Shown here piece after piece: positions 1-10,102 of a stretch of 64,000 nt of DNA; the stretch's first letter is position 1; the number at the start of each line of letters is the position of its first letter. The position numbers and the translations under genes were made by a program. The DNA lies in the NCBI GenBank assembly GCA_965222225.1, contig CBDCTK010000002.1:2624001-2688000 (forward strand), read 5' to 3'. The notes under the pieces were generated by a model. It was not told where the DNA came from. It made no database searches and worked only from the letters and a program-made list of their open reading frames with translations. The stretch comes from Candidatus Poribacteria bacterium. GTDB taxonomy: Bacteria > Poribacteria > WGA-4E > JAJDTR01.

Positions 1-3000
1 CTTCAGACTTCGCCTTAAACCTTACCTGAAGCAGGGGACCGCTGCCACTGACGCCACTGTCGGAAAGCAGCGCAGCCTTGAGTCCCATGATTTTTCCATT
101 TGCGTTATCAATACGCCCAGCCTGAAAGAAGACTGTTCCTCCATCCGTCTTCAGGAAATCGCCTTCGCTCGTGTCAATCGCTTCAAGGACGAAAGAATCA
201 AAGGCGATATCAAACTGCCACCCCGCCAAGTCGAACACATTTTCTGCTCGGATGTCGAGGCTAAAGGTATCGCCGATGTGAATTGGCGTCTCGGAAAAGG
301 CGTAGCCGACGCCAGTTCCCACCGTATATTCAGTGTTGGGCTCAAATCCAAAGAAAGCGCCGGTGTCGAAACTAGGCGAGAAAACCGCAACTAACAAAAC
401 ATTTTTCCCCTGCTGAAGCGTAACCGGGAAAAAATCATTGTAATCAAGCTCCAGCGCCCTGTCACCCAGCACCTCGTAGACCAAATCTCCGTTGAGCCAG
501 ACCTTTAGTCCTTCGTCGTTGCCAACGTGCATCCTTGTCTTCTGTTCCCGTGGCGAATAGAGGGATATAGTGCCGTAGATAACGCCGTCGCTCAGCATAC
601 CTCCGATGTTGTTCCGATCCGTAGACGGGAGTTGGTGGGAGGTCCACACGTCATCGCCAACTGATTTTCCCACTGTTGCCCCCTGTGTGGCGACGTCCAC
701 CTCTGTCACCGTACCGTCACTGGCTTCTGATAGTAAATCGGTACTGCTATCCAGTATGGTGTCCGGTAACAAGACCCATAACCAAGGTCCCCCAATTTTT
801 GGACCTCCTTGTGGGAAACCCGGATTGTCGTACGTCCTAAGGGATTTCATATTGGGACGTAACCCGTCTAGAGGAGAAAGATCGGAGATTTCGTTCACGG
901 AGACATCCAGCCATGTTAAATTGGATAAACCGGCGAGCGCCGATATGTCTGAGATTATGTTGTTGTGGAGGTTCAACCACTTCAAGTTGGATAACCCTGC
1001 AAGGGATGATATATCCGATATATCATTACGTGAAAAATCTAGCCGTTTCAAATCGGTTAATCCCGCAAGGGGTGAAATATCCGCTACGTCGTTGCCGAAT
1101 AGATACAGTTCTTCTAGGCCCGTCAAGCCCGCCAAAGGGGTAAGATCCGATATATCTCCACCGGGAAGATATAAATGCCTCAGTTTTGTCAATCCTGCCA
1201 AGGGCGATAAATCGGATGCGGATGTGCCCATGTGAATGAGTTCCAGGTTGACTAATCCGGCAAGCGGCGATAGATCGCGTATGTTAGAGTGACTCACAAA
1301 GAGTTGCTCTAACTTGGGTAGCCCAGCAAGGGGTGTAAGGTCCTCTACTCCATGAAGAGCTAAAAAAGTTAGATTAACCAATCTGGAAAGCTGTTTCGCG
1401 TCATGAATAACGGAAGGTGAATCGATGAAGTCAATATCTAGAGCTTTTAACTGGGTTAGTCCTGCTATCGGAGAGAGATCGGACACCTTAGACCCACTAC
1501 CATTTATGCTAGACAGATTGGTCGCAAACTGAAGACCGGTTAAATCGCGGATATCTTGGCCCTCTATTATGCTCAAGAAAGTCAATCCTTCCATGTCTTC
1601 CACGGTTATCGGGGCATTGGGACTTTTGCCAAGTTCTTCAGCAATGGCAGTGCGTAGGTTCGGATCCGGGATATAAACCTGCGTACCCGGTATTACATCC
1701 GGCTGCGTTATTACCGGGGGCTCTCCAACTTGCCCCGGGTAATCCAGCGCATACATCACGTCTCGAAAACTCGATGTCCAGGTGTCCCGTTGCACGCTCC
1801 CGTTCTCACCCTCTAACGCCAACAAACCTATGTTCTGTAGTCCCGTGTTCTCACGAACCTTTTCGAGAAAGACTTCGGTTTCTAAACCAACCACGGCAGC
1901 GGCGTATGCGGCGTCTACCGGTCCCTGGAACGCCTCATGGAAACGCGAAATCGGCTCGACTCCGCCAACCACACCGCCCGTGGCTTCAAGCGCTTCCCGA
2001 TAGCGCTCCATGTCGCCACCCACACGAGCGTCCATGTCCGACTTTTCAACGTAGAGTCGCAACGCCTGCGCTTTGTTGTAAGGCGGGTTGGTATTGCTCT
2101 CAATCACGGAACGCACTTGGTCTTCAAAGGTCTTCATGCCTTCCGTATGGCAACCTATACAAGAAAGCCCGTTGCGTACCGTCGGGTCGCTGGCAGCGGG
2201 GTTGGAAACAATGTTTATCGGCGCCTCGTCTAGACGGAAACTGGACGCATTGACAAGGTAGTATCCTTGCAACCCGTTTGGGAGATTGAAGATAGCCTCA
2301 CCGCCATCGTGGTTGAAAGCCAGCGGGTGGGTAAAGATGTTCTGTGTCCCGACACTCCCGGCAAAGTCGTAGCTTTTCCAGTACGCTCCATAGGGAGATG
2401 TATGCCGTTCCACCACCCGGTTGTTATTGGAGACGCCCGAATTGTTGAACCCCGCCCGCCAAACGCGCACTCCCGGCGCATTGATAAGGTTTCGGGCGAC
2501 ATCAACCTCCAATCGGGTCTCCAGCTCCCTATCCGTCAACGGCAGCGAAAGCAGGTCGTGATAAAGCGGTGGGGTTGAGGCGGTTGCAAGAAACCAGTCG
2601 ATATGAACCGACGGCACATCGGTCTTCATCTGTGTCTGCAACCGTCCGAGTTGATTCCGCAGTCCAAGCTGTGCGGGTGCATCAAATGCAATGTGGTAGG
2701 GGTATTCCTCCTCTATCTTGCTCCAGGCGTCAATGCGATCCCACTCGTAGTGTCGGAGGTCGATGTAGAAGATAGTGGCTTGCGGGTCGATTGGGATTGG
2801 GTTGATGACATCAAGTCCCCATGAGAGGCTGTTAACCAATTTATAGAGTGCTTTGCGATATTCACCAAGTAACTCCGGAGTTTCCCCTGCGTTATAGAGA
2901 TGGGTAAGTGTGAAGTAGCGGGCAAACGCTCGGTCAAACGCTGAAAGTGTGTTGAGGTGCGTCTCAATGCTCTTGAGTATTTCACCGGGCGAGATAAACC

Positions 3001-3406
3001 GGCTATTGGTCGTGGGAATTGTCGCCCAATCGGGTGCGCCCGATAGTATCCAGCGTCGAACGGTGTCAATCGACTGAGCGGGCAGGGGTGGTTGTCCGAA
3101 CGGCATCTGTGCGCCGCTTTCCGTGTTTCCAAGCAGGCGTTTATACAACTCGGACGCATCGGGGTTTCCCGGAACGACGGTCCCCCCTCCGATGAGCGCG
3201 TCGTGTTCCATGAGGAGAGTTTCTCGATACGCGCCGTCGGCCCCGTGGCAGATGAGGCAGCTTCCCTCAAAGATTGCGTAGGCGTCTTGCGCAATCTGCG
3301 ATTGGGCGGATACGTGTTGAGAACCCACGATGAAGGTCAATAGGCAGATAAATGCAACGCGATTCTGAGCACGAACCGGGGAAGAGATAGAATGACGTTT
3401 GAGCAT
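1..3406 (-). CDS. Large exported protein (3'-truncated by window): c-type cytochrome domains + internalin-like LRRs + cohesin-like domain
   Basis: Hand translation of the minus strand from ATG 3406 (AGGAG RBS upstream); absent from the ORF track because it runs off the window. Hydrophobic N-terminus, CLICH (~3250) and CIGCH (~2155), IPDPNLRTAI cap, repeated 'ISDLSPLAGLTxLxxL' LRRs, C-terminal 'GDTFSLDIRAENVFDLAGWQFDIAFD' cohesin-like segment. Confidence 0.85.
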   Translation of the reverse strand, partial: MLKRHSISSPVRAQNRVAFICLLTFIVGSQHVSAQSQIAQDAYAIFEGSCLICHGADGAYRETLLMEHDALIGGGTVVPGNPDASELYKRLLGNTESGAQMPFGQPPLPAQSIDTVRRWILSGAPDWATIPTTNSRFISPGEILKSIETHLNTLSAFDRAFARYFTLTHLYNAGETPELLGEYRKALYKLVNSLSWGLDVINPIPIDPQATIFYIDLRHYEWDRIDAWSKIEEEYPYHIAFDAPAQLGLRNQLGRLQTQMKTDVPSVHIDWFLATASTPPLYHDLLSLPLTDRELETRLEVDVARNLINAPGVRVWRAGFNNSGVSNNNRVVERHTSPYGAYWKSYDFAGSVGTQNIFTHPLAFNHDGGEAIFNLPNGLQGYYLVNASSFRLDEAPINIVSNPAASDPTVRNGLSCIGCHTEGMKTFEDQVRSVIESNTNPPYNKAQALRLYVEKSDMDARVGGDMERYREALEATGGVVGGVEPISRFHEAFQGPVDAAYAAAVVGLETEVFLEKVRENTGLQNIGLLALEGENGSVQRDTWTSSFRDVMYALDYPGQVGEPPVITQPDVIPGTQVYIPDPNLRTAIAEELGKSPNAPITVEDMEGLTFLSIIEGQDIRDLTGLQFATNLSSINGSGSKVSDLSPIAGLTQLKALDIDFIDSPSVIHDAKQLSRLVNLTFLALHGVEDLTPLAGLPKLEQLFVSHSNIRDLSPLAGLVNLELIHMGTSASDLSPLAGLTKLRHLYLPGGDISDLTPLAGLTGLEELYLFGNDVADISPLAGLTDLKRLDFSRNDISDISSLAGLSNLKWLNLHNNIISDISALAGLSNLTWLDVSVNEISDLSPLDGLRPNMKSLRTYDNPGFPQGGPKIGGPWLWVLLPDTILDSSTDLLSEASDGTVTEVDVATQGATVGKSVGDDVWTSHQLPSTDRNNIGGMLSDGVIYGTISLYSPREQKTRMHVGNDEGLKVWLNGDLVYEVLGDRALELDYNDFFPVTLQQGKNVLLVAVFSPSFDTGAFFGFEPNTEYTVGTGVGYAFSETPIHIGDTFSLDIRAENVFDLAGWQFDIAFDSFVLEAIDTSEGDFLKTDGGTVFFQAGRIDNANGKIMGLKAALLSDSGVSGSGPLLQVRFKAKSE

Positions 3407-3715
3407 AGGGCGTATCTCCTTTATGAAGAACCAATTTCATGTCGGGAACGATGGGGGCACTTCGGTCTCTGAGCTAGCACCAGAGGTTTATAGAATAGCA
3501 CAGCGACAAAAGATGTGTCAATCTTAATAGCAGAGGATAACAGGGAGATTTCATCTAGATTCTTGGTTGTAGGTGTGTTCTCTACCTTGCTATAGACTAG
3601 ACGTGTAATGAAGAGCGTCTTGAAGCTGGGTTTCGCTGTGCTCAACCCAGCTTACGGGCTCTAGCAAGAAGTCGCGACTCGGAAGGGCGTGCCGTGTTGT
3701 GCCATGAGTTCAACC

Positions 3716-3744
3716 TTGACTTTTCGGTGGTGATGCATTATGCT
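3716..3744 (+). promoter_or_regulatory. sigma70-type promoter for pyrD
   Basis: TTGACT-17 nt-TATGCT, 35 nt upstream of ATG 3779. Confidence 0.55.
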
Positions 3745-3778
3745 TTTTCCACTTGTAAAGGTTGGGGTGAGTTGGCTG

Positions 3779-4711
3779 ATGCAGGCAAATTCTATTTCGC
3801 TTGAAGTGAATGTGGCGGGTATCCGCATGAGGACGCCGGTCATGGTCGCGTCGGGGACATTTGGCTATGGGAGCGAGTACGTTGACTTCGTCGACCTCAA
3901 TCAACTGGGTGCCATTGTTGTCAAGGGTATCACAGGCGAGCCGTGGCCCGGCAACCCGATGCAGCGAATCATTGAGACGCCATCGGGAATGCTGAATGCC
4001 ATCGGGTTGCAGAACGTGGGCGTCGATGGCTTTATCTCGGAGAAGTTGCCCTACCTACGGGATTTCGACGTGCCTGTGGTGATCAACGTCTGCGGCGAGA
4101 CGCTGGAGGAGTATTGTGAGGTTACGGAGAAACTTGATGCGACGGCGGGTGTTGCCGCGATAGAGCTGAATATCTCGTGCCCGAATCTCGATTGCGGCGG
4201 GATGAGTTTCGGCGTCGATTCCCGGTTGGCTAACAATCTCGTCAAACATGTGAGAGAAAAAACAGGGTTGCCGTTGCTGGTCAAATTATCGCCGAATGTC
4301 ACGGACATTGCCGAGATTGCCCGCGCTATCGAAGACGCCGGCGCGGACGGGCTTTCCGTGATTAACACGCTGCTCGGTATGGCGATTGATGCCAAGACTC
4401 GTCGTCCCCAACTCGCCAACCTGACCGGCGGTCTGTCGGGTCCCGCGATTAAGCCGGTCGCGCTGCGTATGGTATGGCAGGTCTACAACGCGGTCAAGAT
4501 TCCAATCGTCGGCATGGGGGGCATCATGACGGGAGAGGACGCGGTAGAGTTTTTCATCGCGGGGGCTTCGGCGGTAGCGGTCGGCACGGCGAATTTCGTC
4601 AATCCGCGCGCCTCGCTTGATGTGACCGACGGGATTCGCGAGTATCTGGAAACGCACGGGTTTGATTCGGTTAAGGAGCTGGTTGGGAGTTTGGTGCAGC
4701 AAGCAGATTAA
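3779..4711 (+). CDS. pyrD: Dihydroorotate dehydrogenase, family 1B catalytic subunit
   Basis: ASGTFG, NAIGLQN, ELNISCPN, VKLSPN, GGLSGPAIKP motifs; start taken at ATG 3779. Confidence 0.95.
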   Translation: MQANSISLEVNVAGIRMRTPVMVASGTFGYGSEYVDFVDLNQLGAIVVKGITGEPWPGNPMQRIIETPSGMLNAIGLQNVGVDGFISEKLPYLRDFDVPVVINVCGETLEEYCEVTEKLDATAGVAAIELNISCPNLDCGGMSFGVDSRLANNLVKHVREKTGLPLLVKLSPNVTDIAEIARAIEDAGADGLSVINTLLGMAIDAKTRRPQLANLTGGLSGPAIKPVALRMVWQVYNAVKIPIVGMGGIMTGEDAVEFFIAGASAVAVGTANFVNPRASLDVTDGIREYLETHGFDSVKELVGSLVQQAD

Positions 4712-4853
4712 GCGAGTTTCAGTATCGCAGTTTGTCTTCTGAAGGGATTAGGACGAATGGGATTGGAAGGTTGGAAGATTTTCGCCCGCGCCATCGTCAA
4801 TTCTCAGGGGTGGTGGAGAGGTAGGCAATTGCTACAGACATAGTGCTCCTTTT

Positions 4854-4883
4854 TGTAGGGAACGCAGATCTGCGTTCCCTACA
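4854..4883. repeat. GTAG-type REP-like perfect palindrome
   Basis: TGTAGGGAACGCAGATCTGCGTTCCCTACA is self-complementary. Related GTAG/CTAC hairpins occur near 7123, 21087, 23852, 25889, 25995, 44996 and 55219. Confidence 0.75.
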
Positions 4884-5061
4884 AAAAGCAAACCGGTGAT
4901 TACTAAGTTACCCTAGTGGCTGCATAGGCGGCAATTTTGATGCTGCTGGTTTAAGCGCAGACGTTTGCCCTACATTTGCTCTAGAGATTAATAGACTAAA
5001 CAGTTACAACCACTACAACCACGAGAAAGCATCGCAGTTTTGAAGATTTGAGGCAGCGACC

Positions 5062-6141
5062 ATGAGACATCTCATCACGCTTGATGATTTATCGGACTTT
5101 GAGATTCGCCAGATTTTTCGACTCGCTGATCAGATGCGGACGAATTTGGCGACGTGGTCGGGCTTCTGTCAGGGCAAGCTGTTGGCAACGCTGTTTTATG
5201 AGCCTAGCACGCGAACGCGGCTATCGTTTGAAAGCGCGATGGAGCGGTTGAACGGACGGACATTGGGGTTTGCCGATCCGCACGCGGCGTCGGTTGCAAA
5301 GGGCGAAACCATCGCCGATACCGCACGGATGGTGACGAATTACGCTGACCTCATCGTGGTGCGCCACAGTTTAGCGGGGGCGGCACGGGTTATGGCGCAT
5401 TACGCCAACATACCGGTCATCAACGGCGGTGACGGCAGCCATGCGCATCCAACGCAAGCGCTTACGGACATGTACACAGTGATAGCGCGGAAAGGAGACG
5501 TGAAGGGGCTGGCGGTCGGTATCTGCGGCGACCTGCGCTATGGGCGAGCGGCTCACTCCTTTGCACTTGCCATCGCGCGATTCGGAGGCAGACTGATCCA
5601 TATCGCGCCGCAGTGTTTTCAGATGCCGAACTGGGTTCTCACGCAAATCAAGCATCTTTACGGGCAGGTGCCAACGGAGACCTCCCACCTCGCGCACGTG
5701 ATTGGCGAACTTGACGTTATCTATGTGAATCGACTTCAGGAGGAACGTTTGCCGGCTGATGTCGATCCGGAAACGGCACGTTCAAGCTACCTTGTCAATG
5801 CCGATGTGATGCGGAACGCCAAATCGGATGCGATGATAATGCACCCCCTGCCTCGCGTCAACGAGCTTTCCTATGAGTTGGACGAAGACCCGCGAGCCGC
5901 CTATTTCGAACAATCCGCAAACGCGATTCCGACCCGCATGGCCTTGATAGCGAGTTTTACGGGACTTGAAGAACTGATCTTGACACAGCCCCCTACACGC
6001 GAAATCTCTATAGGTAACCAACAGTGCCATAACCCGAACTGCGTCACCGCTTCTGAAAATTATCTGCAACCTGAAATTGAGGGGCGCGCAGGCGAGGAGC
6101 CTATAACTTCGTGTGCACATTGCGGAGTAATCATATCCTAA
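5062..6141 (+). CDS. pyrB: Aspartate carbamoyltransferase catalytic chain with C-terminal PyrI-like zinc domain
   Basis: FYEPSTRT, KGET, HPTQ, GDLRYGR, RLQEER, MHPLP motifs; tail CHNPNC...CAHC. Confidence 0.93.
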   Translation: MRHLITLDDLSDFEIRQIFRLADQMRTNLATWSGFCQGKLLATLFYEPSTRTRLSFESAMERLNGRTLGFADPHAASVAKGETIADTARMVTNYADLIVVRHSLAGAARVMAHYANIPVINGGDGSHAHPTQALTDMYTVIARKGDVKGLAVGICGDLRYGRAAHSFALAIARFGGRLIHIAPQCFQMPNWVLTQIKHLYGQVPTETSHLAHVIGELDVIYVNRLQEERLPADVDPETARSSYLVNADVMRNAKSDAMIMHPLPRVNELSYELDEDPRAAYFEQSANAIPTRMALIASFTGLEELILTQPPTREISIGNQQCHNPNCVTASENYLQPEIEGRAGEEPITSCAHCGVIIS

Positions 6142-6162
6142 TCTGGGAGCAAACCATTTACG

Positions 6163-7017
6163 ATGGATTTTCACAAATATCATGCACTCGGTAACGACTA
6201 CATCGTCATCGATCCGAACAGAAACGAGATTAGTTTGACGGATGCGAATATCCAACGAATCTGCCACCGAAACTTCGGAATTGGATCGGACGGGATTCTT
6301 TATGGGCCGCTCTTTGACGGCGGGGAGATCTCGTTGAAGATTTTGAATCCCGATGGCAGCGAGGCGGAAAAGAGCGGCAACGGCATCAGGATTTTTTCCA
6401 AGTATCTCTTCGATGAAGCTTACGTCGAAGGCAGAAAGTTCAGACTCCAGACGCTCGGCGGGGAGGTGGCTGTCGAGATTCTGGACGATCAGGTGCGACG
6501 GATCAAGGTCGATATGGGCACTGTGACCTTCGTCAGCGATGAAATCCCGGTTAGCGGAGAGCGACGCGAAGTGGTCGACGAAACCTTGAAAGTGGGAGAT
6601 GAGGAGTTCAAAGTGACGTGTGCGTCCGTCGGCAACCCGCACTGCGTCATTCCGATGCCGGAGATTTCCAAGGAAATGGCGCTTAAACTTGGGCCGCCTG
6701 TGGAAATTCACCCGCTGTTTCCGAACAAGATTAACGTGCAACTGTTGAAGGTCATCGATCGGCGGAACATCCAGATTGAGATTTGGGAACGAGGCGCGGG
6801 ATACACGTTGGCGTCGGGGAGCAGCAGTTGCGCGGCGGCGAGCGCCGCACACAAGCTGGGGCATGTAGACAGTGAGCTCACGGTGCATAGCCCCGGCGGG
6901 CAGATTGAAATTGAGATTAAATCGGACGGGCACATTTTCATGACGGGCGGCGTAACGGGGGTGATGTCGGGGCAATTCAAACCTGATTTGCGAGAGGAAT
7001 TGGGAATGAACGCATGA
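6163..7017 (+). CDS. dapF: Diaminopimelate epimerase
   Basis: KYHALGNDY, GIGSDG, NPDGSEAEKSGNG, VGNPHC, WERGAGYTLASGS; Ser replaces both usual catalytic Cys. Confidence 0.9.
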   Translation: MDFHKYHALGNDYIVIDPNRNEISLTDANIQRICHRNFGIGSDGILYGPLFDGGEISLKILNPDGSEAEKSGNGIRIFSKYLFDEAYVEGRKFRLQTLGGEVAVEILDDQVRRIKVDMGTVTFVSDEIPVSGERREVVDETLKVGDEEFKVTCASVGNPHCVIPMPEISKEMALKLGPPVEIHPLFPNKINVQLLKVIDRRNIQIEIWERGAGYTLASGSSSCAAASAAHKLGHVDSELTVHSPGGQIEIEIKSDGHIFMTGGVTGVMSGQFKPDLREELGMNA

Positions 7018-7217
7018 CGGGCGTGTGTCAATCAAGCGTTGAAGAAAAGCGGGGGACATTTTGATTATCTGGCTTATTTGGTTGGCCATTGAAAAAATCC
7101 ATCCCTGGCGCTTTCAAAGGCTGGTGCGCAGTGCGCACCCTACAAATGTACAAAGTCGAATTGAGAATCTGTACGTTTATCTACGGACCATACCGGAGTT
7201 GAGGTGCGTGTGTTCAA

Positions 7218-8561
7218 ATGGCTTCCATACGAAGGAATCGCTTTTCAGCTTCGCTATTTGTGTCCATACTCCTGCATTTGATGTTAGCCATTTTGCTGTT
7301 CCGGACCGTAACGCATGAGTATAAGGAGGAGGAGTTCATCACGCTAGATTGGGTCAAGCTACCGCCCGAAAAGCGCACAGTGAAGCCCGAAGTTATCAAG
7401 CGCCCGCAGCCAAGAGCGGCAACCCCAAAAACGCTCAATATACAGCGAAATCGGGTAGATCCTAATTCGAAGCCGGTTGAAGTGAAAGTGGCGTCCCGTG
7501 ATTCGCTTGAGTTTGTTCGAGAAGACTTTGACATATCCGTGGACACGCCTGAGGCGAGGGCAGCGAATCTAAGAACCGCGGCGAATATTCCGGTGAGGCC
7601 GCACGATAGTTCAGTACGCGAAACGGACGATGAAGCAGGTGAAGGGGATGAGGGATTACTCATTGGAAGGGCGCAAAAGCCTAGCAGCGGCAAATTTAAG
7701 TCAATTCGCCTGTCGTCATCAATAATTGAGTCAACAGGGGCGGTTGATTCGGTGAATTCCGAAGACTCGGATTTTTCGGGCCGCGAACTTGTTCCCGAAA
7801 ACAAACTGGGCGCGGTGCTCGTAGGAGAAGGCCCCGACTTGGAGGGGCACATCCGACTCATCAGACTCAAACATTCGCTCTCGGACTGGTGGCAAGATCC
7901 GACTGCACTCCCAAGTTTTATGAAATGGCTCGCCGAGAATACGCGCCTGCGTGCCGATATGAAATTTAAGGGCGGGTCTCTTCGGATGACCGATCCGGAC
8001 ATTATGGACTCACCGCTTGTCTTCATGACCGGACATGACAAGGATATTACCGTTTCGCGCAGTCTAAAAAAGGGAGGGGCATTGACCGGCACTTTTTCTG
8101 CGGAGGAGCGTGCCGCCCTTCGGAAATATATCGTTGAGCGCGGCGGGATGCTGTTTTTTGACGACTGCGGGTTTAACGGTCTGTTTGCGCAACAGGTCGC
8201 GCTCGAACTTGACAAAATCTTTCCGGAATTCCCGCTAGAGCCTATTTCGCATGACCACGAAATCTACAACTCTTATTATCAGCTTTCGGTACCACCCACT
8301 GGCGGCGATGTTTATTGGGGGTCTGAGAACAATCCGAAAACCTCCAAGTTCAAATATCAGAAAGGCATTAGCGTCGGACGCCGTCTGGGCGTGGTTTATA
8401 ATCGCAAAGACTATATGTGCGCAATGGAAACGGCGGAAATCCCAAGCCGCACGATGCTCCGCATGCGCCGCTCCCCGGATGTCCTCCGTTTTATGACCAA
8501 TCTCTTGGTTTACACCATGAAGTACGGCGGCAATACGGACAGATCCAATTATAAGCGGTAA
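7218..8561 (+). CDS. Membrane-anchored DUF4159-like domain protein
   Basis: N-terminal TM helix (SILLHL), low-complexity linker, C-terminal 'DWWQDPTAL...PLVFMTGH...LRKYIVERGGMLFFDDC' domain. Confidence 0.7.
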   Translation: MASIRRNRFSASLFVSILLHLMLAILLFRTVTHEYKEEEFITLDWVKLPPEKRTVKPEVIKRPQPRAATPKTLNIQRNRVDPNSKPVEVKVASRDSLEFVREDFDISVDTPEARAANLRTAANIPVRPHDSSVRETDDEAGEGDEGLLIGRAQKPSSGKFKSIRLSSSIIESTGAVDSVNSEDSDFSGRELVPENKLGAVLVGEGPDLEGHIRLIRLKHSLSDWWQDPTALPSFMKWLAENTRLRADMKFKGGSLRMTDPDIMDSPLVFMTGHDKDITVSRSLKKGGALTGTFSAEERAALRKYIVERGGMLFFDDCGFNGLFAQQVALELDKIFPEFPLEPISHDHEIYNSYYQLSVPPTGGDVYWGSENNPKTSKFKYQKGISVGRRLGVVYNRKDYMCAMETAEIPSRTMLRMRRSPDVLRFMTNLLVYTMKYGGNTDRSNYKR

Positions 8562-8609
8562 CCGTTCGGTCTCGCCGCTTTTATCTTTTTTACCCACCGA
8601 CTCGCCCCC

Positions 8610-10061
8610 ATGGACAACATTCTGCACTTCCCGATTACGGCGCTTGCAAATCTCATTCACACCGGCGAAATCTCTCCTGTGGAGCTGATTGAATCCACGT
8701 TTACAGAAATTGACGGACACAACCCGCAACTGAACGCCTTCATTACGCTATTTCGAGAACAGAGTCTTGAAGCGGCGAGGCAGGCGGAACTAGAGATTCG
8801 CGACGGGCGGATTCGGGGAATTTTGCACGGGATTCCGGTTGCGATAAAGGACATTATCCACGTTGCAGGGGCGCCTACCACATGCGGATCGAAGTTTTTT
8901 TCGGTTAATCCTTCTCAACCGGATGCAACTATCACGGCGAAACTGAAAGCCGCGGGGGCGATAATCGTTGGTAAAACCAATTTGCACGAGTTCGCCTACG
9001 GCGTGACGACAGAAAATCCGCACTTTGGCACAACCGCTAATCCATGGGACACGTCGCGAGTGGCGGGGGGATCGAGTGGCGGCTCGGCGGTTGCCGTCGT
9101 CGCGGGCTTTTGTGCCGGCGCGCTGGGCACCGACACCGGCGGATCCGTTCGCATTCCGGCGGCGATGTGCGGGGCTGTCGGGTTGAAACCCACCTACGGA
9201 CGAGTTGGTGTCAGCGGGGTCGTCGAACTCGCACAATCGCTGGACTGTGTTGGTCCGATATGCCGCCGTGTTGCGGATATCGGGATCATGATGAATACGC
9301 TTGCCGGGTATGACAGCTGCGATGTGAATAGCGAGAATCGACCTGTGCCTGACTACGCGCAAGCGTTGGGAGGTTCAGTCAATGGGATGAAAGCCGGCGT
9401 GCCGCCGCAGCATTGTTTTGAAGATCTCCATCCGGACGTGGAAACCAGCGTCGCCGAAGCGGTTGAAGTCTTGGCGAAGTTGGGAGTGGATGTGATTGAA
9501 CTCGATCTGCCTTCCATTCCCGATGCGCACCAAGCTACGTTGACCATGTTGATGGCGGAGGCGAGCCATTTTCATCAAAGGCGCCTTGCCGAGAATCGGG
9601 AGGATTACGGTCTTGATGTGCGCGAGATGCTAGAGAACGGTCAGAAGTTCTCCGCGGCGGACTACGTTACCGCCGTTCGGTCACGTGAACGCACTCGCCG
9701 TGAATTCGCTCGTGCTTTTGAGCGGGTGGGTTTCATTCTCACGCCCACCGTACCTGTGCCCGCTCCGCTTCGTTCCATGATGGATGCTTCGGACGGAAGC
9801 GACTCCAACTTGATTCGACCACGCCTAACTCAGAACACGCGAATCTTCAATCTGCTCGGATTGCCCGCCATCTCGGTGCCGTGTGGATTCACGAAAGACG
9901 GCTTGCCGGTGGGGCTTCAGATTGTCGGGCGATGGTGGTCTGAAAGGGAGTTGCTTCAAGTTGCGCACGCCTACGAACAGGCGACGCCGTGGCATAGGGT
10001 GCATCCTAGTGGCAGCGGTGCGGAAGCTGCCGAGAACTCTGTATCCACCATTCACGATTGA
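8610..10061 (+). CDS. Amidase signature family protein (GatA-like)
   Basis: GKTNLHEFA, GGSSGGS, GTDTGGSVRIPA, GLKPTYG; no gatB/gatC adjacent. Confidence 0.9.
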   Translation: MDNILHFPITALANLIHTGEISPVELIESTFTEIDGHNPQLNAFITLFREQSLEAARQAELEIRDGRIRGILHGIPVAIKDIIHVAGAPTTCGSKFFSVNPSQPDATITAKLKAAGAIIVGKTNLHEFAYGVTTENPHFGTTANPWDTSRVAGGSSGGSAVAVVAGFCAGALGTDTGGSVRIPAAMCGAVGLKPTYGRVGVSGVVELAQSLDCVGPICRRVADIGIMMNTLAGYDSCDVNSENRPVPDYAQALGGSVNGMKAGVPPQHCFEDLHPDVETSVAEAVEVLAKLGVDVIELDLPSIPDAHQATLTMLMAEASHFHQRRLAENREDYGLDVREMLENGQKFSAADYVTAVRSRERTRREFARAFERVGFILTPTVPVPAPLRSMMDASDGSDSNLIRPRLTQNTRIFNLLGLPAISVPCGFTKDGLPVGLQIVGRWWSERELLQVAHAYEQATPWHRVHPSGSGAEAAENSVSTIHD

Positions 10062-10102
10062 AAAGCAGGGGCACCCACAAACATAAAGATGAGGAATGAA
10101 TA

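Noticed and set aside
3745-3778. Pyrimidine-sensitive start-site switching at the pyrD promoter
   Set aside because: Pyrimidine-rich start region present, but no convincing RBS-sequestering hairpin.
5782-8215. Long antisense ORFs (435 aa and 333 aa) and similar shadows such as 606-1235
   Set aside because: They lie opposite well-supported genes and have no recognisable motifs; codon-bias shadows.
8610-10061. Calling the amidase gatA
   Set aside because: No gatB/gatC adjacent and only generic amidase-signature motifs.
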